The translations under genes were made by a program, and so were the position numbers. Under the pieces are notes generated by a model. It saw only the letters and a program-made list of their open reading frames with translations. It searched no databases and was not told where the DNA came from. Positions 10,627-21,151 of a stretch of DNA of 64,000 nucleotides are shown in pieces. The first letter of the stretch is position 1. Each line of letters begins with the position of its first letter. Origin of the DNA: Candidatus Zhuqueibacterota bacterium (GTDB lineage Bacteria > Zhuqueibacterota > Zhuqueibacteria > Thermofontimicrobiales > Thermofontimicrobiaceae); NCBI GenBank assembly GCA_049322915.1, contig JBMOPW010000036.1, positions 120,431 to 184,430 on the forward strand. Direction: 5' to 3'.

Positions 10627-10665
10627 GCCTTTAAGAATTAATATCATAGAGGCCTTTTTTTATTT
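10627..10665 (+). terminator. Terminator after the tRNA
   Basis: GGCCT...AGGCC followed by a long T-run. Confidence 0.55.
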
Positions 10666-11030
10666 ATTCAATATGCTTCCGCACTCTATATTCCTTTTCC
10701 ATTTTTCACCATCGTAACTCCAGTTCTTCCCTTTTTTAAACGTTAGTCATGTATTTGGCGCGCGTGCCGGGTTCTTTCCAACGATTTCCAGTCTGAGTTC
10801 GATTATTTATTTTTGTAGTCATTCCACCAGTTTCTGAATTCGCCGGCAGACTGGCGACGGCTGGCGGTCCGATTTTCAAAAGTTGACTCTTCTCACTCCA
10901 TTGGATTGATTTACCTGCCTATATTTTGGGGAGCACTATTCACTCTAAAAAGTCCTCATTTAAATATGTTATTCTTCCGATAACTTCATTAACAATGCAT
11001 GCTGAACAAACATGTCCAGAAAAATTGCCC

Positions 11031-12686
11031 ATGAACAAATGGATCATCGCGGTGCTCGTGCTGGTTTCCGGGTTTCAAGCGAACGACCGCAACTCGTCAG
11101 ATATTTTTATTCGCGTGAATCAGGCCGGGTATTTGCCCAATGATATCAAAATAGCGGTGCTATTCACGAACGCTGAATTGAGCGGCGCTGAATTCAACCT
11201 GGTGAACAGCGTAAATAATACAATCGTGCTGGCCGGACCATTGCAGGGAAAATCACCCGGCTGTGAAAATTTCTCATTTTGTTATGAAATTGATTTTACT
11301 GATTTTCATCAGTCAGGGGGCTATTATTTGCAGGTTCGCGGCAGACGCTCACCGGAATTCCGCATTCACGAATCCACCTACGACGGTATGGTGGATTCAC
11401 TGCTGCTGTTTTTCAAGGTACAGCGCTGTGGATTCACCGAGCCTCTTCTGCACAAGCCGTGCCACTATTTCGACGCGACATCTGTCATTCTGGACCGCGC
11501 GAAATTGGACGAACAGGTAGATGTCACCGGCGGTTGGCATGACGCCGGTGACTATACCAAATTTCTGAACACCACTGCCTACGCCACATATACGCTGCTG
11601 CTTGCCTATCAACTCAATCCGATAAAATTCACCACAGACGCGGATCAAAATGAAATCCCTGATATTCTGGATGAGGCCAAAATTGGTCTGGACTGGCTTT
11701 TGAAACTGATTTACAAAAACGATCGATTCATCGTTCAAATCCAGGACTTGCGGGATCACGCCCAGGGTTGGCGGCTGCCGGAAAATGACAAGCTGCTGAC
11801 CGACCGGCCGGCGTTTGTAGGGATCGGCAAAAACCTGATCGGTATTTATTCAGCTACTATGGCGCTGGCGTATCGCATCTGGAGCAATATTCCCGGGGGA
11901 TACGCCTTTGCTGATAACTGCCTCACATCGGCGGAAAATATGTACTCCATTCATAATGATGTGCCGGATGTCGATAAAAGCGGGAGCGGCGGCGTTTATC
12001 AGGATTCTAAATTTCAGGGTAAATTGGCGCTGGCCGCGATTGAATTGTATTTAGCGACAGGGCGGCAAGATTATCTGAAGGATGCCAAAAGATTGGCCGA
12101 TGCGGCTGGTTCGGATTATTGGTGGAGCTGGGGCGATATCAACGCGTACGCGCACTACCGCATCGCTAAAATTGACACCAGTTTTCGAAAATACCTTCGC
12201 GACAATCTGATATTTTTTCAAAAGCAGATGAACCAGCACACGTTCGGCGAAGCAACGCGCGACACGTGGGGCTCGAACAGCACCATCCTCGGTGTTGCGT
12301 TGCAAGCGATCTTGTGGAAAGACCTCACCGGCGAAGCGACATTTGACACGCTGGCTGTGATTCAGCGGGATTACATTCTCGGGAGGAATCAATGGGGGGT
12401 TAGTTTTATTTACAACATCGGCACGACGTTTTCGAAAAATTTCCATTCCCAGGTTGCCTGGTTCAATGGCAATCGGTTGCCGGGAGCTGTCGCTGCCGGT
12501 TCAATCAGTCGCGCCCGTTTGGCCGGATACAACATCCCCTACCAATCGCCGGACATCTTCGAAAAGTTCCAGACCGACGGGGCTGTGTACCGCGATGACC
12601 GCATGGATTATGTCACCAACGAACCCACCATAACGGCCAATGCCACGGCTGTGTTTGTGATGTCCTATTTTTCCCCGCCGTATTGA
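11031..12686 (+). CDS. Secreted glycoside hydrolase family 9 with N-terminal Ig-like domain
   Basis: Signal peptide from MNKWII, IRVNQAGYLP, GGWHDAGDY and C-terminal YRDDRMDYVTNEPT catalytic motifs. Confidence 0.9.
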   Translation: MNKWIIAVLVLVSGFQANDRNSSDIFIRVNQAGYLPNDIKIAVLFTNAELSGAEFNLVNSVNNTIVLAGPLQGKSPGCENFSFCYEIDFTDFHQSGGYYLQVRGRRSPEFRIHESTYDGMVDSLLLFFKVQRCGFTEPLLHKPCHYFDATSVILDRAKLDEQVDVTGGWHDAGDYTKFLNTTAYATYTLLLAYQLNPIKFTTDADQNEIPDILDEAKIGLDWLLKLIYKNDRFIVQIQDLRDHAQGWRLPENDKLLTDRPAFVGIGKNLIGIYSATMALAYRIWSNIPGGYAFADNCLTSAENMYSIHNDVPDVDKSGSGGVYQDSKFQGKLALAAIELYLATGRQDYLKDAKRLADAAGSDYWWSWGDINAYAHYRIAKIDTSFRKYLRDNLIFFQKQMNQHTFGEATRDTWGSNSTILGVALQAILWKDLTGEATFDTLAVIQRDYILGRNQWGVSFIYNIGTTFSKNFHSQVAWFNGNRLPGAVAAGSISRARLAGYNIPYQSPDIFEKFQTDGAVYRDDRMDYVTNEPTITANATAVFVMSYFSPPY

Positions 12687-12963
12687 CAGAGAGTTTGCTG
12701 AGAAATCCACCAGGCCTCGTCTCCGAGTCAGGAAGATTAAGATTAGCGTTAGAATTTTTCAATTCAATAATAATACTTCAGCATCATGCGCTTCGAATGT
12801 GGATATTGGCTTTTAGATTCCTACCGCCAAAAAAATGTAAGCAGGGAATTCTTTTCATTATGATAATTGAGTCAAGTCACCCATCTTTTGTATTATAAAG
12901 AAAGATAAATCCGTGCTAAACAGTGTCATCCGCGCTCAATGCTTTGTTTTCAAGGTTACTTAA

Positions 12964-14208
12964 CTACGGAGTAATCTCCACCGAAGCTTCATTGGAGTAA
13001 TCCGAGAACAATCCTTCCTGAATATAAGCGCGCACGCGATAGTGGTAGGTGAAATTCCGCTGGACTGTGGAGTCGGAGTAGGCGGTTACGCTCATGCCCA
13101 CTTTTCCGATTTCCGAGAAGACTCCAGCGGCGCCTATCTTTCGCTCGATTCGAGTTTCCACTTCGAAAATGCTGTTATCGTTCCAGGTCAGATTGACGCG
13201 GTTATTCGTCGAGTCATAGCTTGCAACCAAATTGGACGGCGGGACGAGATCGATAGCAAGCGTGGTCACTGTCACCTCATTGGACCAGTCGGACTGACCG
13301 GTCTGACTGAGTGCGGCGATGCGGTAGGTGAATGCTGTGCTGGCATATAGATTTTCGTGGTCGTCGAATTGAATAGTGTTTGGCGACAACGTGGCAATCT
13401 GTGAAAATACCGAGCCGCTGGCAATTTTTCGTTCGATGATGAACGCCAGCTCATTGTCGGAATTGTCCTGCCAGAGCAACCGAATCCAGTTCGTACCAAA
13501 CGATTTCGCCTGCACATTGGACGGCGCTTCGACCCGTGTAATCATGCCTTCTGTGTTCGCTTCTTCCGATTCCGAATAACTGTATTTATTGAATGCCCTG
13601 ATTTTGTAATAATAAACAATGTCAGACACCATGCCGGTATCGTTGGCGCTGATGCTGTTCGCCGGCAGCGTCTGCATGCTCGCGTAACTGTTGCTGTTAT
13701 TTTTGCGCCAGACCTGAAATCCCAATTCATTATCGGAATTGTCCTGCCACTGCAAATTGATGATGGTCTCCGAAAGCTTGGTCAGTTCCAGGTTTGAAGG
13801 CGCATCGGGCGGCGTCATGTTCGGCTTCACAAAAATGCTGGTCATTGTCTCGCTGGTCGCTGAGTTCTCGCTTAAATCGTACGCAATCAAGTAATATGAA
13901 ATGCGCGTATTGATGAAGCTGGTATCGACGTTTAAAAAGACAGCGGGCTTGGCTTCGTTCTCCTGTGGGTAATTTCGCGAAACAAACGTCTCATTCATGT
14001 ATAATTCAACGGACTCGATTCCCCGGTCGTCTTCGGCTTTGAAACTTACTTCGGTTAAACCCGAAGAAATCGTATCATTTAATGCCGGCCAGTAAACAGT
14101 GATCGTAGGCGCAGATTTATCCGGCGGCGGGCTGTCCGTTGGACTGACGCAGAAAAGAAAAAAAATCATGAACCAACCCATTGCACGAATCAGAAGATAC
14201 CCGGCCAT
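12964..14208 (-). CDS. Exported Ig-like plus three fibronectin type III domain protein
   Basis: Hydrophobic N-terminus; three repeats of (A/P)PSN(L/V)...W.DNS..E...Y.Y.(I/V).A. Confidence 0.85.
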   Translation of the reverse strand: MAGYLLIRAMGWFMIFFLFCVSPTDSPPPDKSAPTITVYWPALNDTISSGLTEVSFKAEDDRGIESVELYMNETFVSRNYPQENEAKPAVFLNVDTSFINTRISYYLIAYDLSENSATSETMTSIFVKPNMTPPDAPSNLELTKLSETIINLQWQDNSDNELGFQVWRKNNSNSYASMQTLPANSISANDTGMVSDIVYYYKIRAFNKYSYSESEEANTEGMITRVEAPSNVQAKSFGTNWIRLLWQDNSDNELAFIIERKIASGSVFSQIATLSPNTIQFDDHENLYASTAFTYRIAALSQTGQSDWSNEVTVTTLAIDLVPPSNLVASYDSTNNRVNLTWNDNSIFEVETRIERKIGAAGVFSEIGKVGMSVTAYSDSTVQRNFTYHYRVRAYIQEGLFSDYSNEASVEITP

Positions 14209-14223
14209 CGTATTTTTCCTGAT

Positions 14224-16122
14224 TTAATTGATGACATTATCAAAATCGATAAACAGCGACAGACTTTCGCTGGCCTTTAGTTTTGGCAAATTGATAGTGA
14301 GCTTTTCCTGCGCCGTGTCGAAAATATGGTTGGGAATGACGGTTCCAATGATATCGGACGAAACAACTACCCGCTCAACCATTTTATTGAATTCGACCTG
14401 AATGCTGCAATCGCGAATATCCGCCCGCCCGGCATTGGAAATTTCAAGTACAATCCGCCGGTTGCTCCTGATTTCCTGGTGCACCTCCAGCGCGTTTTTT
14501 GAAACCCACCAATCACGCACCGCTTCCGGGGTGGTCAGCCAGATATTTTTCGAGCGGATATATTTTACTAGCTCGCGAACAACCGAAATGTATTCCGGCC
14601 GGCACTGATACTCCGGGTGAATCCGCAACATATACAGACCGCCCAAAAAATCAGTCGTGTTAACATCATCGATGTACGTTGCCAGTTGAAACGTCGAATC
14701 GGTTAAGCCATATTGTTGAATGATTTCGTAGTCATCGCGGGCGGTGCGATGAAACGAGACCACCGGCGCTTTTCCTTTTATGTGAACCTGGGGGATCGTC
14801 CGGTTGGCCGATGAATCAGCAACGACATATTCGTACCCGATGGAAATGAGCGCATGAATGCTGTTCTCGTCGAAGCCGCCGTAAAAGGGCATGGCGCCGC
14901 GGATATTCATGCCGGTGAAACCTTCAATCACTTCTTTTGCCCTGTTCAAATTCACGACCTGACTTTCGTAATCATAGATTAAAATCGGCTGGGAAGGTTC
15001 GGACGTGAGAGAGCCAAAATCTGTAATCGTTCCCACATCTCCGTATTGCGGTAGTCTCCGTGTCTCAGCTTCGTATTTGCTGGCGGTGATGGGATCGATG
15101 AAAAATGTGATGGGAATGGAGTCCGACCGAACGATGTTCAACAGATTGGGGAGATTGGAAATGTCCCCGGTTAAAAATGGCGTTAAAATCGCCGCTGACG
15201 AATACAACGCCGGCCAGTCTTTGACAAGCACGGTCGGAACATGATTCAGCCAGCCCATTAAATTATCGAACAGCCGCGCGAAATGGATGTGGTCGGATTG
15301 ATCGCCTTTCACCGCGTCCATATCAAATCCCATCCAGACAAACTTGCCCTTGCCGTAACTTCCGAACACGATCGCCGCAGCTTCGTCCATTGCAAAGCCG
15401 GATGTCTCCGAGTTGCGGGCAGGGCGGGTCCAATAGCTCACCTGCTCAGTGCGCGATTCCACCACTTTGCAGGCAATGGGTTGGTCCCAGGTGGCAATTT
15501 GCAGCGCATAGCCGGAAGGAATGCCGGTCGTCACAGGCAAACCGCCCTTGATTTTCAGTTTTCGAACCACGTCTGATGCCGGAATTTCCGAAGTAAATTG
15601 CAGACCGAACACTTCAATAAAAAATTTCCAGCCGCGCCATTCTCCTTTTTCGTCGAACGATCCGGTGCTGGACGTCGCGATAATGCTCCCGCCGTTTTCA
15701 ACAAAGCGCTTCAATTGAATGATTTCAATCGTGCTCATCGCCCTGGCTGCGGGTAGCACAATTGTCTTGAATTTATAATGGTTGCCCTTTTCAATATCAT
15801 GATCATCGATGACCGTACACTTCGAACCGCTGTTATGGATGAACCGTTTCCAGGTCGCCACGTTATCGGCAATCCATGAACTGCTATCCGGCAGCATTCG
15901 CTCGCTATAGCCGGAATGCAACGTTGCGATATTCTGACTTTGGGACTGAATGGCTTTTTTCAGATTTTGCTTTGTCGGAAGTATTTCGTCAATGGAATAG
16001 CGGCCATAGACGTGTTTGATAATGAACAAGTACGTCACAAGCGATAGGCTCAAAATCACCAATCCCGAAAGAGTGGTTGTCCAAAAGCCGATCGTCTTTG
16101 TTTTTTGCTGGATTTGTTTCAT
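14224..16122 (-). CDS. Membrane-anchored protein with GATase-like domain and degenerate polysaccharide deacetylase (NodB-like) domain
   Basis: N-terminal TM helix; IVLPAA...LKRFVENGGSII...YGKGKFVW; then PITFF, GAMPFYG, GYEYV, GGLYMLRIHP, IWLTT. Confidence 0.65.
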   Translation of the reverse strand: MKQIQQKTKTIGFWTTTLSGLVILSLSLVTYLFIIKHVYGRYSIDEILPTKQNLKKAIQSQSQNIATLHSGYSERMLPDSSSWIADNVATWKRFIHNSGSKCTVIDDHDIEKGNHYKFKTIVLPAARAMSTIEIIQLKRFVENGGSIIATSSTGSFDEKGEWRGWKFFIEVFGLQFTSEIPASDVVRKLKIKGGLPVTTGIPSGYALQIATWDQPIACKVVESRTEQVSYWTRPARNSETSGFAMDEAAAIVFGSYGKGKFVWMGFDMDAVKGDQSDHIHFARLFDNLMGWLNHVPTVLVKDWPALYSSAAILTPFLTGDISNLPNLLNIVRSDSIPITFFIDPITASKYEAETRRLPQYGDVGTITDFGSLTSEPSQPILIYDYESQVVNLNRAKEVIEGFTGMNIRGAMPFYGGFDENSIHALISIGYEYVVADSSANRTIPQVHIKGKAPVVSFHRTARDDYEIIQQYGLTDSTFQLATYIDDVNTTDFLGGLYMLRIHPEYQCRPEYISVVRELVKYIRSKNIWLTTPEAVRDWWVSKNALEVHQEIRSNRRIVLEISNAGRADIRDCSIQVEFNKMVERVVVSSDIIGTVIPNHIFDTAQEKLTINLPKLKASESLSLFIDFDNVIN

Positions 16123-16151
16123 TGGGGATTAGAAATTCGTTCTTCGATCAT

Positions 16152-16496
16152 TTAATTTTTTCTATTCTGATTTGGGCCTTTGACAGGCAAGTAGCCTTTT
16201 GATGTGTAACGCAAATACCGCGTTTCCGTCTCCGGCACTTTCTCCTCAGCGCCTTCGGAATGTTCTTTCTCCCCTTCCACCGACTTTTCATTTTTCTTGT
16301 CTATGGATGCTGCCGGTTTCAATGCCTCCGGGGTGACATATTCCGCCTGAAAAGCCTGCTTCGTATGGGCAGCCGCTCCCTTGCCCCGGCTCTCGCGAAT
16401 TTTGAACATGACGTAGGCGCCGAATGCAAATACGAATGTCGATACTGTTGCCACGAGCACAATGAACGCTAAAATAGGAATTATTTCCATCTTCAT
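16152..16496 (-). CDS. Small single-pass membrane protein, candidate synthase accessory subunit
   Basis: N-terminal TM helix and charged tail; 9 bp downstream of the GT2. Confidence 0.7.
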   Translation of the reverse strand: MKMEIIPILAFIVLVATVSTFVFAFGAYVMFKIRESRGKGAAAHTKQAFQAEYVTPEALKPAASIDKKNEKSVEGEKEHSEGAEEKVPETETRYLRYTSKGYLPVKGPNQNRKN

Positions 16497-16505
16497 TCTC
16501 CAGAA

Positions 16506-17909
16506 TTATTTTGCTGATAAACCGATTCTTTCCAACTTGCCCCAGGTCATGTCGAATCCCAAAAATTCTTCGATGGTTGCCGCGACTTTTGTGATATCAA
16601 TGGTCAGCACAAAAAAGAGCCGATAGAAAATCGCGTATGGAATGAGCTTCAGATCTTCCTTGTCGGCCGCCACGCAGTAAATCGCCGCCATGATGTCCAG
16701 CAACGCAATGCTCAGCCACCAGAGTGGAATCAGTGTCGTCATGCCGTAAAATATAGCCACAAAAATAAAAAACAGGTTGGCGAAAATATTCATCGCCGGC
16801 CAGATAATGGCGTCGTAAAACATGTTCCACAATACCAGACTGTTCAGCAGATGCTTCCTCGGGTGAAACAAACGCTGACGGTGCTTGGTCAACGATTGTA
16901 ACAATCCGCGCGTCCATCGGTAGCGTTGCTTGAGCAATTGATAAATGGATTCCGGCGCTTCGGTATAGGCCACGGCTTTGGGTTCGTACACAATGTGCCA
17001 GCCAGCCTGCCGAATTTTGAGGGTCAAATCGGCGTCCTCTGCGTATGTATCGCTGGAATACCAGCCGGCATCGATAATTGCCTGCTTACGGAAAATGCCT
17101 ATAGGCCCGGGGATGATATTCACCATTCTCAGATAGCTCTGCGACGAACGAACCATATTCAAACCTTCAACATATTCCAAAGACTGAAGATTGGTCAGTA
17201 ATTTATAATCGTTCAATACCTTTACCTTGCCGGCGACAGCGCCGACAGTGGGATCGGCGAAATATTTCGCCCCGATCCTCAGCGTCGTCGGCGACAGCGT
17301 GGAATCGCCGTCCATGCACAGGACGAAATCCGCACTGGAAAAATGAATGCCGGCATTGAGCGCGCTGGATTTCCCGCCGTTCTCTTTGTTGATGAGCGAA
17401 ACGCGGACCGTGGCATGTTTGCCCGGGTGCAGACCGACTAATTTTTCCGCCACTTCGTGAGTTTTGTCCGTTGACCCATCGTTCACAATAATGATTTCAT
17501 AATTGGGGTAATCCTGGGTCAGCAACGATTTCACCGAATCCTCAATGACCTTTTCTTCATTGTAAGCCGGAACGATTATGGAAATGAACGGGAAAAAATC
17601 GCTTTTATCCCGGGCTGAATATTTCGCGAAGAATAAAAAGCTGGCCACCAGCGTTACAAAATAGCGTATCAGCAACAGTGCAAGGAAAAACAGGAGAGCG
17701 AAAATCGAAGCGTTGACGATGAGGCCGCTCATGGACAGGCGCGTGAGTGGCATTGTGAAATAGATGGCGGCAATTAAAAACATGGAGGCAATGGCGGATG
17801 AGGCGATGACACCTAACAACGTGGCCTCGCGGTCTTTGGGAATTGCCCGCTGTTCCATATTGGGAATGACAGCCTGTTTTCTGAACAGGTTTGGTTCTTT
17901 CTCCATCAT
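16506..17909 (-). CDS. Processive family 2 glycosyltransferase (PgaC/IcaA-like polysaccharide synthase)
   Basis: IIVPAYNEE, DGSTD, ENGGKSSALN, MDGD, AED and QRYRW motifs with flanking TM helices. Confidence 0.9.
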   Translation of the reverse strand: MMEKEPNLFRKQAVIPNMEQRAIPKDREATLLGVIASSAIASMFLIAAIYFTMPLTRLSMSGLIVNASIFALLFFLALLLIRYFVTLVASFLFFAKYSARDKSDFFPFISIIVPAYNEEKVIEDSVKSLLTQDYPNYEIIIVNDGSTDKTHEVAEKLVGLHPGKHATVRVSLINKENGGKSSALNAGIHFSSADFVLCMDGDSTLSPTTLRIGAKYFADPTVGAVAGKVKVLNDYKLLTNLQSLEYVEGLNMVRSSQSYLRMVNIIPGPIGIFRKQAIIDAGWYSSDTYAEDADLTLKIRQAGWHIVYEPKAVAYTEAPESIYQLLKQRYRWTRGLLQSLTKHRQRLFHPRKHLLNSLVLWNMFYDAIIWPAMNIFANLFFIFVAIFYGMTTLIPLWWLSIALLDIMAAIYCVAADKEDLKLIPYAIFYRLFFVLTIDITKVAATIEEFLGFDMTWGKLERIGLSAK

Positions 17910-17958
17910 GACTTTTTCAATCCCAGGATAATATTGACTGCAGATCCTTCAACTCCAA

Positions 17959-20847
17959 TTAAAAAAGACTCCAGTAGGCCGAGAATGAACCGGAAAAATA
18001 ATTATAACTGGAATCAAAACGAAACGAGCTGCCTGCGCTCAACTGCGCGTTTATCACCAGCCGTTTTGCCGGCTGATATTTGACTGCGACATCGAATTGC
18101 CGGAGAATGATATCCAGCGCCGGCAAATACCCGACTTTCCCACTGAAGCGAATGTCCATTTTTTCGGTAAGCGTCGGCTGCCAATCCGTCCACAGAGAAT
18201 GGGAATCGAGATTTTGAGGCGAATAATACAATCCCTGGGAACCGCCGCTGTTCGGCAAAGGCGGCGCAAGGTATTTGTAATTCAGGTATTGCGTCTCGTA
18301 ACCGAAGGTCAGCGTTTTGAACATTCCTTTGCCAATTCGTGCCAGCACATCATTGCCTTTGTTGCCGTCGGAAATGGACAAATAGCTGAAATGCCCGGCT
18401 AAAATAATCTTTGAATCACTTTGATATTTGCCAGTGAATTTATAGAAATCAACATCGAAGCGCCGATCCATCAAAAACGGTGAATACAAAATGAGCGCAC
18501 CGTCGGTGTTTTCATAATACAAAGAGGCTGTCAGAGATTCATCCATTTTTATATTGAGCGAAGCGTCATATACCGAACGGCCGGTTTCATTGGCAGTATT
18601 GAGAACGCCGTAACCGCTGTTCAGCGACAGTTGCTCCGAAAACTTCAGAATCAGCCTGCCTTTCAAGGTGTTGAATTTTCGGTTTTGATCTTCAGAATTG
18701 ACCGTCGCCTGAATCAACGATACTGCCGTCGTTAAAAACGGGAATAATCCGACATGAAAACTGCCGCCCACGTGCTGAATTTGAAAATGCTGATTATCCG
18801 AATAATAGCTCGCTATCGGATTCAAGCCAAGATGGTTGGGTATTTGAGAGAGCAGTTTCGCGGCGCCCGATTTTGGCAAATAGCTGAAACGCGTTTTCAC
18901 CATCGCCTTCTGTTCTGAATTCAAATCCTGCGCTGACAAGTCCTTATATATTTCGCGAGCCCGGTCGTATTCTTTCAGGCGCAATAAGGTATCGCCATAG
19001 AATAATCGGCACTCAAAATGATCCGGCTTCTGCTGGCAGAGCTGCTCGAATTCGAATCTGGCGCGATCCAGTTCCTCGTTCCAGAGCAAGGCTTTCGCAC
19101 GGCGCACGGCGATGTTGAAATCAAACTCTTCATTGAGCAGCGCATCATAAATGCTGATCGCCTTTCCCAAATTCTTCATGCTGATATTCAATTCAGCATA
19201 TTCCACCTGGACCGAACGTGGGGGATGGATCACCCGGTCAAAATAGGAATCGAATTTTTCCAGCGCCTCGTCATATTTTTGTTGCGCGATGAGTTCCCGT
19301 CCCTGCTGCAAGATGGTGAAAACCTTTCGCTGCGAAGCTGCCTGCACTTCGGTTTGATAATATTTTTCAACCGGCGCTATCTCCCTGTTTTCCGGATCGA
19401 CGGCTTTGGCCAAGAGCAAATATTCATTGGCCCGATCGAGTTCCTGCCTGGCAATGTGCAACGAACTGAGCGTGAGTATGGCGATTACATTCCGCGGTTG
19501 ATGATTATGGACGTTTTCCAAATACTTCTGCGCTGCGGTCAGGTCTTTATTCGACCACACCAGTGTCTGTCCCAGGAGCAGTTGATAATCAAGATTATCC
19601 GGATCGCTGACAATCAATTCGTGCAACACCCTTTGCGCGGTTTCCAGTTGGCCGTACCAGGCGCAGTGCTGGGCATAACGAAAAGCCATGTTCGGATCGG
19701 ATTCCATTGATACGGTGTTAAAATAGGTCGCCATAATTTTGATGGCATTTTCGTGAGCGCCCACATTGTTATAAAATGTGCTCAACTTCATCACCACGTT
19801 TGCATTGGATGGATCTGCCTCAAATTTCCCGTAATAGTCAGTGATGAGGATTTGATACACACTGTCTTTCAGCGATTTGACTAGTGGCAATCCGGCGGAA
19901 CCGCTGTGTTTTTCGTAAAGTTCAATGTGACCAGCCGCTTGTTCAAACTGCCGCTGATTCATCAATTCGCGAATGAGCTTCCATCTGACCTTATTGTTTT
20001 CAGGATTCGTTCTCAACTCCTCTAAGTACCGCTCTGTTTCAGACTTATTCGGGACTGAAGCCGGCTGTCCATCACATTGATAATTTGAAGCGGCAGCATT
20101 TGCCTTTCGAGGTCCTCCTTTTGCCAGTTCCAATCCATCCTGGGCTTCTTTATAAAATGGTTTCAGTTCCAGCGCCCGTTCGAATGTTTGAATGGCCTGT
20201 GAATATTTCCCCAGCCACATTAAAAAATAGCCGTAGCGACTGATCAGCGTGTAATCGTTGGGGAATCGGTTCACAAATTTTAGCAGGATTTCTTCGCCTT
20301 TTTTTAGTTGATTATTATTCGCCAGAATTTCGGCGTAGCGAATCACTTTTTCTGAACTGACATCCGTCATTTCAAAGTATTTGCCATACCAGTTTTCTGC
20401 TTCGTCCCACTGATCCAGTTCTTCATAGCATTGACCAATCGCGTAATAATTCTGAGACAGCTTCGGATTGATCATCAATTCGCGCTTATAATTTTCAATT
20501 TTTTTCAGGATGATCTGCTCATGCTGAGACTGCGTGCGGATTAAATTCTGTTTATAACTTTCATTGGGCGGGTCAAGTTTTACAGCCTGTCGAAAATCAA
20601 TCACTGCATAACGATATTGCGAGCGTTTTTCATAACAGAGCCCCCGCAGATTGAAGGCGTCCGCCATTTCCGGGTATTGGGAGATCAATTCGCTCAGAAT
20701 AGAAATCGCTTCGCCAAATCGCCCTGCTGAAATATGTTTGGATGCTTCGTGCTTCAATGAATTCGGACTCGTCTGCGCATAAATCCCATTGATCAGCCCG
20801 CACATGCATAAAAAAACGATGGCATATTTTATTTTCATTGTTCTCAT
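17959..20847 (-). CDS. TPR-repeat plus C-terminal beta-barrel export protein (PgaA/BcsC-like architecture)
   Basis: Signal peptide, about 650 aa of TPR repeats, C-terminal region with alternating aromatic beta-strands ending in F. Confidence 0.75.
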   Translation of the reverse strand: MRTMKIKYAIVFLCMCGLINGIYAQTSPNSLKHEASKHISAGRFGEAISILSELISQYPEMADAFNLRGLCYEKRSQYRYAVIDFRQAVKLDPPNESYKQNLIRTQSQHEQIILKKIENYKRELMINPKLSQNYYAIGQCYEELDQWDEAENWYGKYFEMTDVSSEKVIRYAEILANNNQLKKGEEILLKFVNRFPNDYTLISRYGYFLMWLGKYSQAIQTFERALELKPFYKEAQDGLELAKGGPRKANAAASNYQCDGQPASVPNKSETERYLEELRTNPENNKVRWKLIRELMNQRQFEQAAGHIELYEKHSGSAGLPLVKSLKDSVYQILITDYYGKFEADPSNANVVMKLSTFYNNVGAHENAIKIMATYFNTVSMESDPNMAFRYAQHCAWYGQLETAQRVLHELIVSDPDNLDYQLLLGQTLVWSNKDLTAAQKYLENVHNHQPRNVIAILTLSSLHIARQELDRANEYLLLAKAVDPENREIAPVEKYYQTEVQAASQRKVFTILQQGRELIAQQKYDEALEKFDSYFDRVIHPPRSVQVEYAELNISMKNLGKAISIYDALLNEEFDFNIAVRRAKALLWNEELDRARFEFEQLCQQKPDHFECRLFYGDTLLRLKEYDRAREIYKDLSAQDLNSEQKAMVKTRFSYLPKSGAAKLLSQIPNHLGLNPIASYYSDNQHFQIQHVGGSFHVGLFPFLTTAVSLIQATVNSEDQNRKFNTLKGRLILKFSEQLSLNSGYGVLNTANETGRSVYDASLNIKMDESLTASLYYENTDGALILYSPFLMDRRFDVDFYKFTGKYQSDSKIILAGHFSYLSISDGNKGNDVLARIGKGMFKTLTFGYETQYLNYKYLAPPLPNSGGSQGLYYSPQNLDSHSLWTDWQPTLTEKMDIRFSGKVGYLPALDIILRQFDVAVKYQPAKRLVINAQLSAGSSFRFDSSYNYFSGSFSAYWSLF

Positions 20848-21151
20848 ATCGTTAATAAAGAATGGAGTGTGTGAATATAGTATTGATTCGGCATAATAAG
20901 TAAAATCATTAGCTTGTCGGTTTCATTTCAGCCGAAAAACGAAAGGAGGAGGAAATCTTCAGATTGAAAAAATGCAGGGACAAGGGAGTTAAGCCTGATG
21001 ATGGATTTACCGCTAATATAACAGCTTAAAAGTCTTGGGTACCGAGGAGCAGGGTGATTCAAAAATATTAAATTCGCAGAATTTTAAAAAGAGACATGTA
21101 TTGAACGAGGGCAGAGAAGGAAAGCCAGCAATGGCATAACTGAATGAATCA

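Noticed and set aside
20848..21151. c-di-GMP riboswitch upstream of the EPS exporter
   Set aside because: No GEMM-type motif recognisable; only pyrimidine-rich sequence.
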